DNA from: Nostoc sp. DedSLP01
GTDB taxonomy: Bacteria; Cyanobacteriota; Cyanobacteriia; Cyanobacteriales; Nostocaceae
Assembly (NCBI GenBank): GCA_034530875.2
Contig: JAVRCJ020000036.1
Coordinates: 13,793-67,929, forward strand
DNA length: 54,137 bases
Direction: 5' to 3'
The notes under the pieces are model-generated. The model saw only the letters and a program-made list of their open reading frames with translations. It was not told where the DNA came from and made no database searches. Shown here in pieces: positions 36,292-44,866 of this stretch. Made by a program: the position numbers and the translations under genes. Each line of letters begins with the position of its first letter. Position 1 is the stretch's first letter.

Positions 36292-37365
36292 GTGAATTAT
36301 TTAAAACAGCACAGCTTACGCGATCGCCAAGTGTATTCTGGCAATAAAATCTTTTTAGTTACTGTTTCATGTCTGAGTTTGATAGCTTCTGGTTGCAGTC
36401 AAAAGCCATCAGTTAATGTTGCAAGTAACTCCAATTCTGCATCGCAAGTTGTCAGTAACAATCAAACTACTGCAAAAAGTAACGTCATTCGTTTAGGCTA
36501 CCAAAAAGGTGGAATTATTCCCATCTCACGCCAGCGCGGTGACTTAGAACGCCAGCTATCAGCGCAAAATATTAAAGTTGAATGGACTGGGCCATTTGAC
36601 CGTTGTGCCACACTTCTAGCTGCTCTCAATGGTAATCGTTCGGACATTGCCGGGTGTGGTGATATTCCTACCATCTCTGGAATTGCAGCGGGGCAACCGT
36701 TGTGTATTGGTTACGTACAAAGACCAAGACCAGAATCTTTGGCCAGTGCCATCTTAGTTCGCGGTAATTCTTCTATCCGTAAACCAGCTGATTTAATAGG
36801 TAAAAAAGTAGCTGTTAATCAAGGCGGTGCAGGTGAATACTTGTTATTAAAAGTATTAGAGAAAGAAAATATCCCCAAAGAAAAAGTCCAGCGAGTGTAC
36901 TTATCGCCAAATGATGCTGCACCTGCTCTCTACCAAGGTTCTGTAGATGCTTGGGCAGTTTGGGAACCTTACATTTCCATTGCAGAATTAGAACATCAGG
37001 CGCGACGAATCACGACAACACATCCTGCACCCACCTACGGCATTCTAGTTGTGCGTGGCGGTGCTGCTCAAGAAAATCCTGTTGCAGTCAAATCTGCTTT
37101 GGCGGCTTTGAGCCAGGATGGTGAATGGCTAAATCAAAATACTGATGCTGCGGCAGATTTTATGGTTAAGGAATTAAAAGTTTCTCCAGCTGTAGCGAAG
37201 CAAGCAACTAAAAATCGAGGCAAAGAGTCTTATGTCTTTCCTAATGCACAAGATATAGCCAATCTTCAAAAAACAGCTGACTGGTTACTAGAGCAAAAAA
37301 TTCTTCCTCAAAGAGTCGATATTGCAGCTTCGGTATGTCCTTTAGAAACTACTGCGACAAGGTAA
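36292..37365 (+). CDS. Aliphatic sulfonate-type ABC substrate-binding lipoprotein (SsuA family)
   Basis: Lipobox IASGC; IRLGYQKG, KKVAVNQG, GSVDAWAVWEPY, LQKTADWL. Confidence 0.88.
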   Translation: MNYLKQHSLRDRQVYSGNKIFLVTVSCLSLIASGCSQKPSVNVASNSNSASQVVSNNQTTAKSNVIRLGYQKGGIIPISRQRGDLERQLSAQNIKVEWTGPFDRCATLLAALNGNRSDIAGCGDIPTISGIAAGQPLCIGYVQRPRPESLASAILVRGNSSIRKPADLIGKKVAVNQGGAGEYLLLKVLEKENIPKEKVQRVYLSPNDAAPALYQGSVDAWAVWEPYISIAELEHQARRITTTHPAPTYGILVVRGGAAQENPVAVKSALAALSQDGEWLNQNTDAAADFMVKELKVSPAVAKQATKNRGKESYVFPNAQDIANLQKTADWLLEQKILPQRVDIAASVCPLETTATR

Positions 37366-37652
37366 TTTTATCTAGGTTTCAGAGTTTGAATGTGTTGGCG
37401 AGTTTTAGAGAATTGGTAAGTAGACCGACATAATTAAATGTAAAATCCAAAGCAGCAAAACCTTTTACTGTTGAGGGTTGTACCTTCTGTCTCTTGCCTT
37501 CTACTTATTAGTTGCGATCGCGTTAGTTTAGATAATAAGTACACCGCGATAATGAAAAATAGCAAGCGTTGCTGAGATCGAAAACTACACCAAACGCCGA
37601 GCCAAGGGGAGAATGCATAAGTCTTAAACCAAAACCTCACACCCAAAATCTT

Positions 37653-38294
37653 ATGACTCACACAACTGTTCTCGAATCCTTAGAAGCAGACGAATGGTTT
37701 GTTAATAGCCCTGACTTACGCGAGTTTGTGGCTATTACTAAAGAAATTAGCTCTAGTACAACTGATGACCGCAAACAAACTCTCAATGCCCTTGTACCCC
37801 ATTTTTCCGCACTCTTGAAAAAACAAGATTGGCTACCGCAAGAATTTGCGCAACCAAATCTCAATAGCGTTTTGGGAGAAGGGATTGGGCAATGGTTGCT
37901 GTATCGTTCTCAGGATCGTTCGCTTAGTATCTTTAGTTTGGTTATTTCACCTAATTCCATTACTACTATCCACGACCATTTATCTTGGGGACTCGTCGGC
38001 TTATATAAAGGCAGACAAGAACAAACTTTGTACCGTCGTGTAGATAATGGGGAATTAGAAGGACGCGCTCAGTTACAAAGTATCGGTGTTTATAAAGTCA
38101 AAGTTGGCGATATTTACCGCCTATTGCCTCCAGATGCAGACATTCATTCTGTAAAAGCGACGACGGTATTTAGTCCCGCCATCTCAATTCATGTCATGGG
38201 AAACGATACAGGGATCCTTTTGCGACACCAATATAATCCCGAACAAGGAAACGTCAAGTCTTTTCGTTCTGGATATTCCAACGCACCATATTAA
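37653..38294 (+). CDS. Cysteine/thiol dioxygenase-family cupin
   Basis: TTIHDHLSWGLVGLYKG and DIHSV (3-His site), SIHVMG, FRSGYSN; ATG 37653. Confidence 0.82.
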   Translation: MTHTTVLESLEADEWFVNSPDLREFVAITKEISSSTTDDRKQTLNALVPHFSALLKKQDWLPQEFAQPNLNSVLGEGIGQWLLYRSQDRSLSIFSLVISPNSITTIHDHLSWGLVGLYKGRQEQTLYRRVDNGELEGRAQLQSIGVYKVKVGDIYRLLPPDADIHSVKATTVFSPAISIHVMGNDTGILLRHQYNPEQGNVKSFRSGYSNAPY

Positions 38295-38312
38295 AGGAAT
38301 CAAGGGAAAACA

Positions 38313-39074
38313 ATGCCAAGATTCGATAGACCCCAACCACCAGTTTTTCAACGAGTTGAAGAAGAACGCCTTCACCGCAAACAACGCCTTGCTGCTGCCT
38401 TCCGCTTATTTGCTCGTTTTGGTTTTAGCGAAGGTATAGCAGGTCATATCACGGCTCGCGATCCGGAATTTACCGACCATTTTTGGGTGAATCCCTTGGG
38501 AACATACTTCGGTCATATTCGTGTTTCCGACTTAATTTTGGTCGATAGAGAAGGCGAAGTAGTTAAAGGAGATGCTCCCGTCAATCGTGCCGCCTTTGCT
38601 ATTCATTCCCAGGTACACGAGGCCAGACCCGATGTAATTGCAGCAGCACACGCTCATTCTCTACACGGCAAATCTTGGTCAAGCCTTGGTCGTTTGCTCG
38701 ATCCCCTAACTCAAGATGCTTGTGCTTTTTATCAAGACCATAGCATATTTAACGATTATAAAGGTGTAGTGTTAGATACTTCCGAAGGTAAAAGAATTGC
38801 TGAAGCATTAGGAAATAAAAAAGCTGTCATCCTTAAGAATCACGGCTTTTTGACAGTTGGGCATACAGTAGACGAAGCCGCTTGGTGGTATATAACTTTC
38901 GAGCGATCGACCCAAGCCCAACTTTTAGCCGAAGCAGCAGGTAAACCGATTCCCATCGACCATGAAATCGCTACTTTAACCCATAGCCAAGTAGGAACCC
39001 ATTCTGGAGGCTGGTTTAGCTTTCAACCTCTCTACAACAAGATTGTGCGCGAAGAGCCAGATTTGTTGGAGTAG
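38313..39074 (+). CDS. Class II aldolase/adducin family protein
   Basis: EGIAGHITARDP, AFAIHSQVHEARPDV, AHAHS, ILKNHG. Confidence 0.92.
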   Translation: MPRFDRPQPPVFQRVEEERLHRKQRLAAAFRLFARFGFSEGIAGHITARDPEFTDHFWVNPLGTYFGHIRVSDLILVDREGEVVKGDAPVNRAAFAIHSQVHEARPDVIAAAHAHSLHGKSWSSLGRLLDPLTQDACAFYQDHSIFNDYKGVVLDTSEGKRIAEALGNKKAVILKNHGFLTVGHTVDEAAWWYITFERSTQAQLLAEAAGKPIPIDHEIATLTHSQVGTHSGGWFSFQPLYNKIVREEPDLLE

Positions 39075-39081
39075 TTGAATA

Positions 39082-39250
39082 TTGGGCATGGGGCATTGAG
39101 AGGTGTGGGGAGTGTGGGAGGTGTGGGAGGTGTAGGAAGAGAGAGGGGCATAAATTCTCTTTCTCCCCACACTCCCCACACTTCCCCATCTCCTCATCTC
39201 TCCCTGCTCCCTCTGCTCCCCCTGCCCCTGTGCCTCATCACTTCTCCCAA
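39082..39250. repeat. STRR-type short tandem repeats in inverted arrangement
   Basis: GGGCATG, GTGTGGGAG runs facing CCCCACACT, CTCCCCTG runs. Confidence 0.85.
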
Positions 39251-39252
39251 TG

Positions 39253-39552
39253 GCGATCGCAGATTTTCTCTGTTGGCTGCAAAAGTCCCAAGACTGGCGC
39301 GAATCGAATCTCAAACAGGGATCGAAAAGTTACGCAACTGCCATCAATGTTGATGAAGAGATTGTTTACAAGGATGCACGGGAAGGACAACAACAGCGAC
39401 GTCAAGAATTACTTCCCGCATCTGATGAAGCGATCGCATCTCAGCAAAAAGTTGCTGATACCTTTTTCCAAGCAGGTGTAATTCCGAAAAAAGTTGATGT
39501 CAAACAACTTTGGGACGCAACTTTTAACGAAGATATCGCTAAATGTAAGTAA
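39253..39552 (+). pseudogene. C-terminal fragment of a second SsuA-like binding protein
   Basis: AIADFL...EAIASQQKVADTFFQAGVIPKKVDVKQLWD is an SsuA-type C-terminus; the fragment begins exactly at HIP1 39253-39260. Confidence 0.75.
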
Positions 39553-39708
39553 AAATTTTTCTCCATGACATTAGTCACGGTTCAACTAATTACGTTTTTC
39601 ACTGGTCTAGAGCTTTTTGCAATCCTATTATTTACTTGTCCAAGAGGTTAAGATTTGATGAAATTTTAATCTCTGCGATATTTACATTAATAGAAGGAAA
39701 GTTTGCGA

Positions 39709-39963
39709 ATGAGTATTAAAAGAATGCTTGCTAGCGCAGCACTGATTTTACCAATTGCTGTTACCTTTATTCCTTCCCAAGCTGAAGCCCAGGTGAGACG
39801 GCAAATTATTATACGACCAGTTCCAGTTAGAGTAATCAGACAACCCGCACGAATTAGAGTTCATACACCTATTCAAGCGAGAAGGAGAATATTCGTTCCT
39901 GGACGTTGGGTGCAAACAAATCGCGGCCGTCAGTGGATACCTGCTCGTTATCTATATAGATAA
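39709..39963 (+). CDS. Small secreted Arg-rich protein
   Basis: Signal peptide ending SQAEA; C-term FVPGRWVQTNRGRQWIPARY. Confidence 0.7.
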   Translation: MSIKRMLASAALILPIAVTFIPSQAEAQVRRQIIIRPVPVRVIRQPARIRVHTPIQARRRIFVPGRWVQTNRGRQWIPARYLYR

Positions 39964-39965
39964 AC

Positions 39966-40110
39966 GGGTATAGGGTATAGGGCATGGGGCATGGGGCATA
40001 GGGCATAGGAATGGGGAAAGATTAAATTTATTCCTTTTCCCTTTTCCCTTTAACCTTTTCCCCTGCTTCTCATGCTTCCCTACTCCCCACTCCCCACTCC
40101 CGATTCCCTT
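39966..40110. repeat. STRR repeats between convergent genes (possible bidirectional terminator)
   Basis: GGGCATA/GGGCATG runs and CCCCACT / TTTTCCC runs. Confidence 0.75.
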
Positions 40111-41169
40111 TTACACTAAAGCAACTGCTGCTTGTTGCCAGCGTCCGACTGCTTTACCAATGACTGCTAACTCTTGCATTAAGTTATCAAAACGGTCTGG
40201 TGTCAGCGATTGGGGACCATCGGATAAGGCTTTGGGAGGATTGGGGTGAACCTCAATCATTAAAGAATCTGTACCAGCTGCGATCGCAGCCATTGCCATT
40301 GATGGCACAAACTCAGACCAGCCTACACCGTGGCTGGGGTCAATCATAATTGGTAGGTGAGTCAGCTTTCGCAATACTGGCACTACTGATAAATCCAGCG
40401 TATTTCGGGTGTACTGGCGGTCAAAGGTGCGTATTCCTCTTTCACACAAAATAACATTGGGATTGCCAGCTGCTAAAACATATTCGGCTGCCATCAACCA
40501 ATCTTCAATTGTAGCTGCCATTCCCCGCTTTAAAAGCACTGGTTTGGGCTGCGCTCCTACTTTTTTGAGCAAGGAGAAGTTCTGCATATTCCTGGCGCCG
40601 ACCTGAATCACGTCTGCAATCTCAGCAATTTTTTCCAGATCGACGGCATCCATGACTTCTGTAATAATACCTAGCCCGCTGACTTCCCGCGCCTTTGCTA
40701 ATAATTCCAAAGCACTCTCGCCGTGTCCTTGGAAAGCATAAGGTGAAGTCCGGGGTTTGTATGCGCCTCCGCGCAAAAATTTCGCTCCTGCGGCTTTGAC
40801 GCGTCGCGCTGTCTCGACAATCATTTCTTCATTTTCTACGGAGCAGGGGCCGGCTACGACTACCACGGGATGGTGTTCGCCAAATACCACTGTTTCATTC
40901 GGTAGGTTAACCACCACCTCTGAAGCTTCCCCATGACGGAATTGCCGACTAGCGCGTTTGTAAGGCTGCTCTACCCGCAATACCTGCTCAATCCAAGGGC
41001 TAAGTTCTTGAATTTGTAGCGGATCTAAGCTGGCCGTTTCACCTACTAGACCAATAACTACTTTGTGTTTACCAACAATTTTTTCTGGAGTTAATCCCCA
41101 GCTACTTAGTTCCTCGTCAATGCGCTTTATTTCCGCATCTGGGGAACCACTTTTCATTACTATAATCAT
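40111..41169 (-). CDS. aroF: 3-deoxy-7-phosphoheptulonate (DAHP) synthase, class I-beta
   Basis: AGPCSVE, LRGGAYKPRTSPYAFQG, GARNMQNF, LCERGIRTF, DPSH. Confidence 0.96.
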   Translation of the reverse strand: MIIVMKSGSPDAEIKRIDEELSSWGLTPEKIVGKHKVVIGLVGETASLDPLQIQELSPWIEQVLRVEQPYKRASRQFRHGEASEVVVNLPNETVVFGEHHPVVVVAGPCSVENEEMIVETARRVKAAGAKFLRGGAYKPRTSPYAFQGHGESALELLAKAREVSGLGIITEVMDAVDLEKIAEIADVIQVGARNMQNFSLLKKVGAQPKPVLLKRGMAATIEDWLMAAEYVLAAGNPNVILCERGIRTFDRQYTRNTLDLSVVPVLRKLTHLPIMIDPSHGVGWSEFVPSMAMAAIAAGTDSLMIEVHPNPPKALSDGPQSLTPDRFDNLMQELAVIGKAVGRWQQAAVALV

Positions 41170-41257
41170 GTAAATTTTTTTGTAAATGGACGTAACTTTA
41201 TTGTTGCGTATCTGCTTAATGAGGAATAGTTAAAACTAAATTTATTTACAAAATAAA

Positions 41258-41430
41258 GGAGTCATGAGTCATGAGTCAGGAGTCAGAATTCAGAATTCAG
41301 GAGTCAGTAGTCAGAAGTCATAATGGTTGAAAATCGATGTTTGTATGCCTAGTTGATTCTGTTTAATTCATCAACTTTGAGCATCCAAGCTTTATTAATT
41401 CTGAGTTCTGAGTTCTGAATTCTGAGGTCT
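41258..41430. repeat. Heptamer STRR repeats (GAGTCAG/GAATTCA and inverse)
   Basis: gagtcat gagtcat gagtcag gagtcag aattcag ... ttctgag ttctgag ttctgaa. Confidence 0.75.
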
Positions 41431-41904
41431 TCAAGAATTTTTTTGCCGAGTTTCGCGCCAAACTGCTACCATTCGTCCCCAGTTGACGCCAAATTCACTC
41501 AAACCTAGCAGACCCCCGGCTCTTTCTTCATCCCAAGAGGCAGAGAGAACGCCATAAGTTATCCCTAAGACTCCCAAACCAAATAGCCCCATGTTTGCTA
41601 ATAATACGGCAATGGGAGCTAGTTTAATGTTGGCATAGGTGGCAAGTAAATAGCTGGCAACCAAGGTACTAATGCCCAAGGCTGTTGGTACACCGCAGAA
41701 GAAAGCCACCCGCCGAATCATCCGCTGGCTGACTACTTTGGGTATAGCCATTTCTTCTTTCGTGTAAGGCAGCTTTCTCTCGGCTTGGTTACTAGATTTC
41801 TCTGGCTTTGCTGCTGGTTGACTTTGAGTTTTTGCAGGTTTTTGCTGTTTTTTGGCTGGCTCAAAGGGCAAGCGACCGCGTTGAGATTCTTCTTCAGGAG
41901 GCAT
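41431..41904 (-). CDS. pam68: PAM68 family photosystem II assembly protein
   Basis: LPFEP, IPKVVSQRMIRRV, GITYGVLSASWD; downstream of rpsO as usual. Confidence 0.92.
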   Translation of the reverse strand: MPPEEESQRGRLPFEPAKKQQKPAKTQSQPAAKPEKSSNQAERKLPYTKEEMAIPKVVSQRMIRRVAFFCGVPTALGISTLVASYLLATYANIKLAPIAVLLANMGLFGLGVLGITYGVLSASWDEERAGGLLGLSEFGVNWGRMVAVWRETRQKNS

Positions 41905-41916
41905 AAGCGATCGCCC

Positions 41917-42186
41917 CTAACCCCGAATGCCAAGACGAGCAATCAAAGCTAAATACTTCTCGCGGTTTTCTTTCTGAATATAAGCTAGAAGACGCTTGCG
42001 CTGACCAATTAGCTTTAACAGTCCCCGCCGGGAAGAATGGTCTTTTTTATTTGCTTGCAGGTGTTCGCTAAGACGGTTAATCCGTTCAGTTAACATTGCA
42101 ACCTGAACATCCGCCGAACCAGTATCGGTTTCGTGGACTTGGTAGCTGGAAATTATCTCTTGTTTTCGTAGTTGCGTCAGAGCCAT
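41917..42186 (-). CDS. rpsO: 30S ribosomal protein S15
   Basis: [37 protein letters not shown]. Confidence 0.98.
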   Translation of the reverse strand: MALTQLRKQEIISSYQVHETDTGSADVQVAMLTERINRLSEHLQANKKDHSSRRGLLKLIGQRKRLLAYIQKENREKYLALIARLGIRG

Positions 42187-42669
42187 AATTGAATTTCTAG
42201 TTTTTCAAAATGTATGCAGCAGTTTCCCATAATATCACAGCCATTAAGGTGATGTGGAATCATCTAGGGGAAAAGGGGGCAGGGGGAGTGTGGGGGGAAA
42301 TAGAATTTATGCTTCCTCCTTCCACACTTCCCAATGCCCTCTGCCCCTGTGCGTGTCATTTTTAAAGTGAAATGGTATTAGGGGAAGTAGCGCCAGGAAA
42401 TTTTTTGATGTTCAATTACTTATAAAGTTTTTGACTGATTGAGTATATTTAACTAAGTATTAATAAACTCAAGTTACTAATCAACCATAAAGCGCTACAG
42501 TGCTAAATCCAGGCCACACAAGCACTTCTGTTTAATTCTACCCACTTAATTGAAAGTTAAAAAAAAAGCTTAAAAGATTTAGATAAGAGCAAAATAAGTA
42601 ATTGAATAAATGAAATAATTAGGGGATAGTTAATAATATTAATCAAATAACAGGTTTATAACTAGCGGC

Positions 42670-44085
42670 ATGAAACCACAAAAGATTACCCGGAGTCGGG
42701 GAGTTGTGCTGAGTTCTGTCGGTTTAAAGCGTCTAGAGGCAGCTATATTGGCTGTGGAGATTGAGGAGAACAACGGTCAGCGGTTTACTTTAGACCAGCT
42801 AGGCGATCGCATGAAAATCTCCAGCAAAACACTGAGCCGATTATTATCATTAGATATAGGTGTAGACCAGAAAACTCTCAAACTTTGCTTTAGCGCTTTT
42901 AACCTAGAATTAGCCGCGGAAGATTACACAGCGCTAAAAGAACCGGAACAGATTGAAACTTCCCAATTAATTACGGCGAATTTGTCTAGCAACAACCAAA
43001 CTTCCCATCAAATACCGCTAGAATCATTTATTCAGGAACAGCCTGACGAATTTGAAAGTTTTTGGCCTTACCCAGATGGGCCGGTACCTCTGGATTCTCC
43101 TCTTTATGTCGAACGTCACCCGATTGAAGAAATGGTTTATCGGGAAATAATTCAACCAGGGTGTGTGATTCGGATTAAAGCACCCAGACAGATGGGTAAA
43201 ACTTCTTTGGTGCTGCGACTGTTAGCGTTTGCCCAGAGGCAAGGCTATCACACAGTGAATTTGAATTGCTATCAAATCGATTCTGACTCTTTAACTAACT
43301 TAAATAAGTTGTTGCGTGGTTTTTGCTGGCATGTTGCTAAAGAATTAGGCATAGATCCCAAATTGAATGAGAGATGGGATGAAGAAATTGGCTGTAAATT
43401 GAGTTGCAGCTTTTATTTCCAAAACTATTTGCTCAAGCACAGTCAAAATCCAATAGTTTTAGTCTTGAACGAAGTCGATCGTTTTTTTGAATATCCTCAC
43501 ATTGCTCAAGAATTTTTTGCATTGTTGCGTTCCTGGTGTGAGGAAGCACAACAAAATCCGAATTGGCAGAAGTTGAAGCTAGTAGTGGTTTATTCTACAG
43601 AAGAGTATGCTGCCCTAAATATTAATCGCTCTCCGTTTAACATTGGACTGCCTATTCGGCTTAGCGAATTTACCCAAGAACAGGTAGAAGACTTAGCAAG
43701 ACGGCACGGATTAAAGTGGAATTCTGGCAGAGAAACCAACAAATTAATGTCATTTGTCGGGGGTCATCCAGCATTAATTCGGATTTCGCTCTATTATCTT
43801 TACTATCGAAAAGTAACTCTCGAAGAAATGATTGAAGAAGCGATCGCCAATGGTGGTATTTACCGCTATCATTTATGGCGACTCTGGGTACAGCTACAAG
43901 AAAAAGTTAATTTAGCAAGGAGTTATGCCGAACTTTTGATGGCAGAAGATAGTTATGTTCTCGATCCCATTGATACTTACAAACTTGATGGTTTGGGCTT
44001 GATTCGCTTTCAAGGCGATCGCATTTTACCAAGTTGCGAACTTTACCGCATTTATTTTGCCAAACAACTATCAATAATTGTTTAA
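42670..44085 (+). CDS. HTH + AAA-like (AAA_35) domain protein
   Basis: RSRGVVLS..G N-terminal HTH; GPVPLDSPLYVER, KAPRQMGKTSL, VLNEVDRFF, SPFNIG. Confidence 0.88.
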   Translation: MKPQKITRSRGVVLSSVGLKRLEAAILAVEIEENNGQRFTLDQLGDRMKISSKTLSRLLSLDIGVDQKTLKLCFSAFNLELAAEDYTALKEPEQIETSQLITANLSSNNQTSHQIPLESFIQEQPDEFESFWPYPDGPVPLDSPLYVERHPIEEMVYREIIQPGCVIRIKAPRQMGKTSLVLRLLAFAQRQGYHTVNLNCYQIDSDSLTNLNKLLRGFCWHVAKELGIDPKLNERWDEEIGCKLSCSFYFQNYLLKHSQNPIVLVLNEVDRFFEYPHIAQEFFALLRSWCEEAQQNPNWQKLKLVVVYSTEEYAALNINRSPFNIGLPIRLSEFTQEQVEDLARRHGLKWNSGRETNKLMSFVGGHPALIRISLYYLYYRKVTLEEMIEEAIANGGIYRYHLWRLWVQLQEKVNLARSYAELLMAEDSYVLDPIDTYKLDGLGLIRFQGDRILPSCELYRIYFAKQLSIIV

Positions 44086-44866
44086 ATGCGAAATTATTTG
44101 AAATTCATCAACATTTATACAATTACTTCTTTTTTTGGGTTCATATCGCCAATTTTGCCCAAATACTGCTCAAACCTAGTGTTTTCATCAAAAACTAAGG
44201 AAATTTAAGAGACTGAAGCAGACTGTTAATTTGAGATTGAAAAAAGTAACAGCAAATTAAGATAGTTAAAATAGTTAAACGAAAAATCAACAGATTGTAT
44301 ACTTAACGAAGTGATACAATCCAAAGTTAAATTCGCGATCGGTGATTCAATTATCGCTTATTAAGTATATGGTGAGGAATGAGAGCACAAGATCGGGACT
44401 TGGCAGCCTTTGCCGTAGATGGTTTGTGGGTTGCGTCGGTGTTTAACGTTTCGTTTCATAGACCCACCAACACCTACCACTAACTTTTGTGAGGGACTAT
44501 GACTTAAGAATAAAAATATGACCAAAGAAAAAGGACAATTGTACCGTGATGCGTCAGCACTAGGTGCAAAAAGTCCTTGCTTAAAGTACCATTATTTATT
44601 TATGAAAATTTTATGTCGTGAATTTTGAATTCTCCGTTCGCGTAGCGTCTCGGACAGAAAAAGTTGACTTCTTGCTGATAACTATTGAATAAAAGCTGTA
44701 GAATTAAATATTTTGACTTTTAGCAAAACATCTATAACAATCCGGCATCATTACTGAGAAACAAGTTTCCCGGCTGATTACCAGAAGTCGGGATTCTGTG
44801 TCTTGCAGCGATCGCAAATCAAAGAGGATTGCTAAATGAATCTATTTTTTGTCATCAAACTGTGAT

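Noticed and set aside
38976..39481. ORFs 38976..39314, 39075..39353 and 39230..39481
   Set aside because: Translations of STRR repeats or off-frame overlaps of the ssuA fragment.
44379..44483. 34-codon ORF (MRAQDRDLAAF...) or structured RNA between the AAA_35 genes
   Set aside because: No recognisable motif and only weak pairing; cannot be supported from sequence alone.
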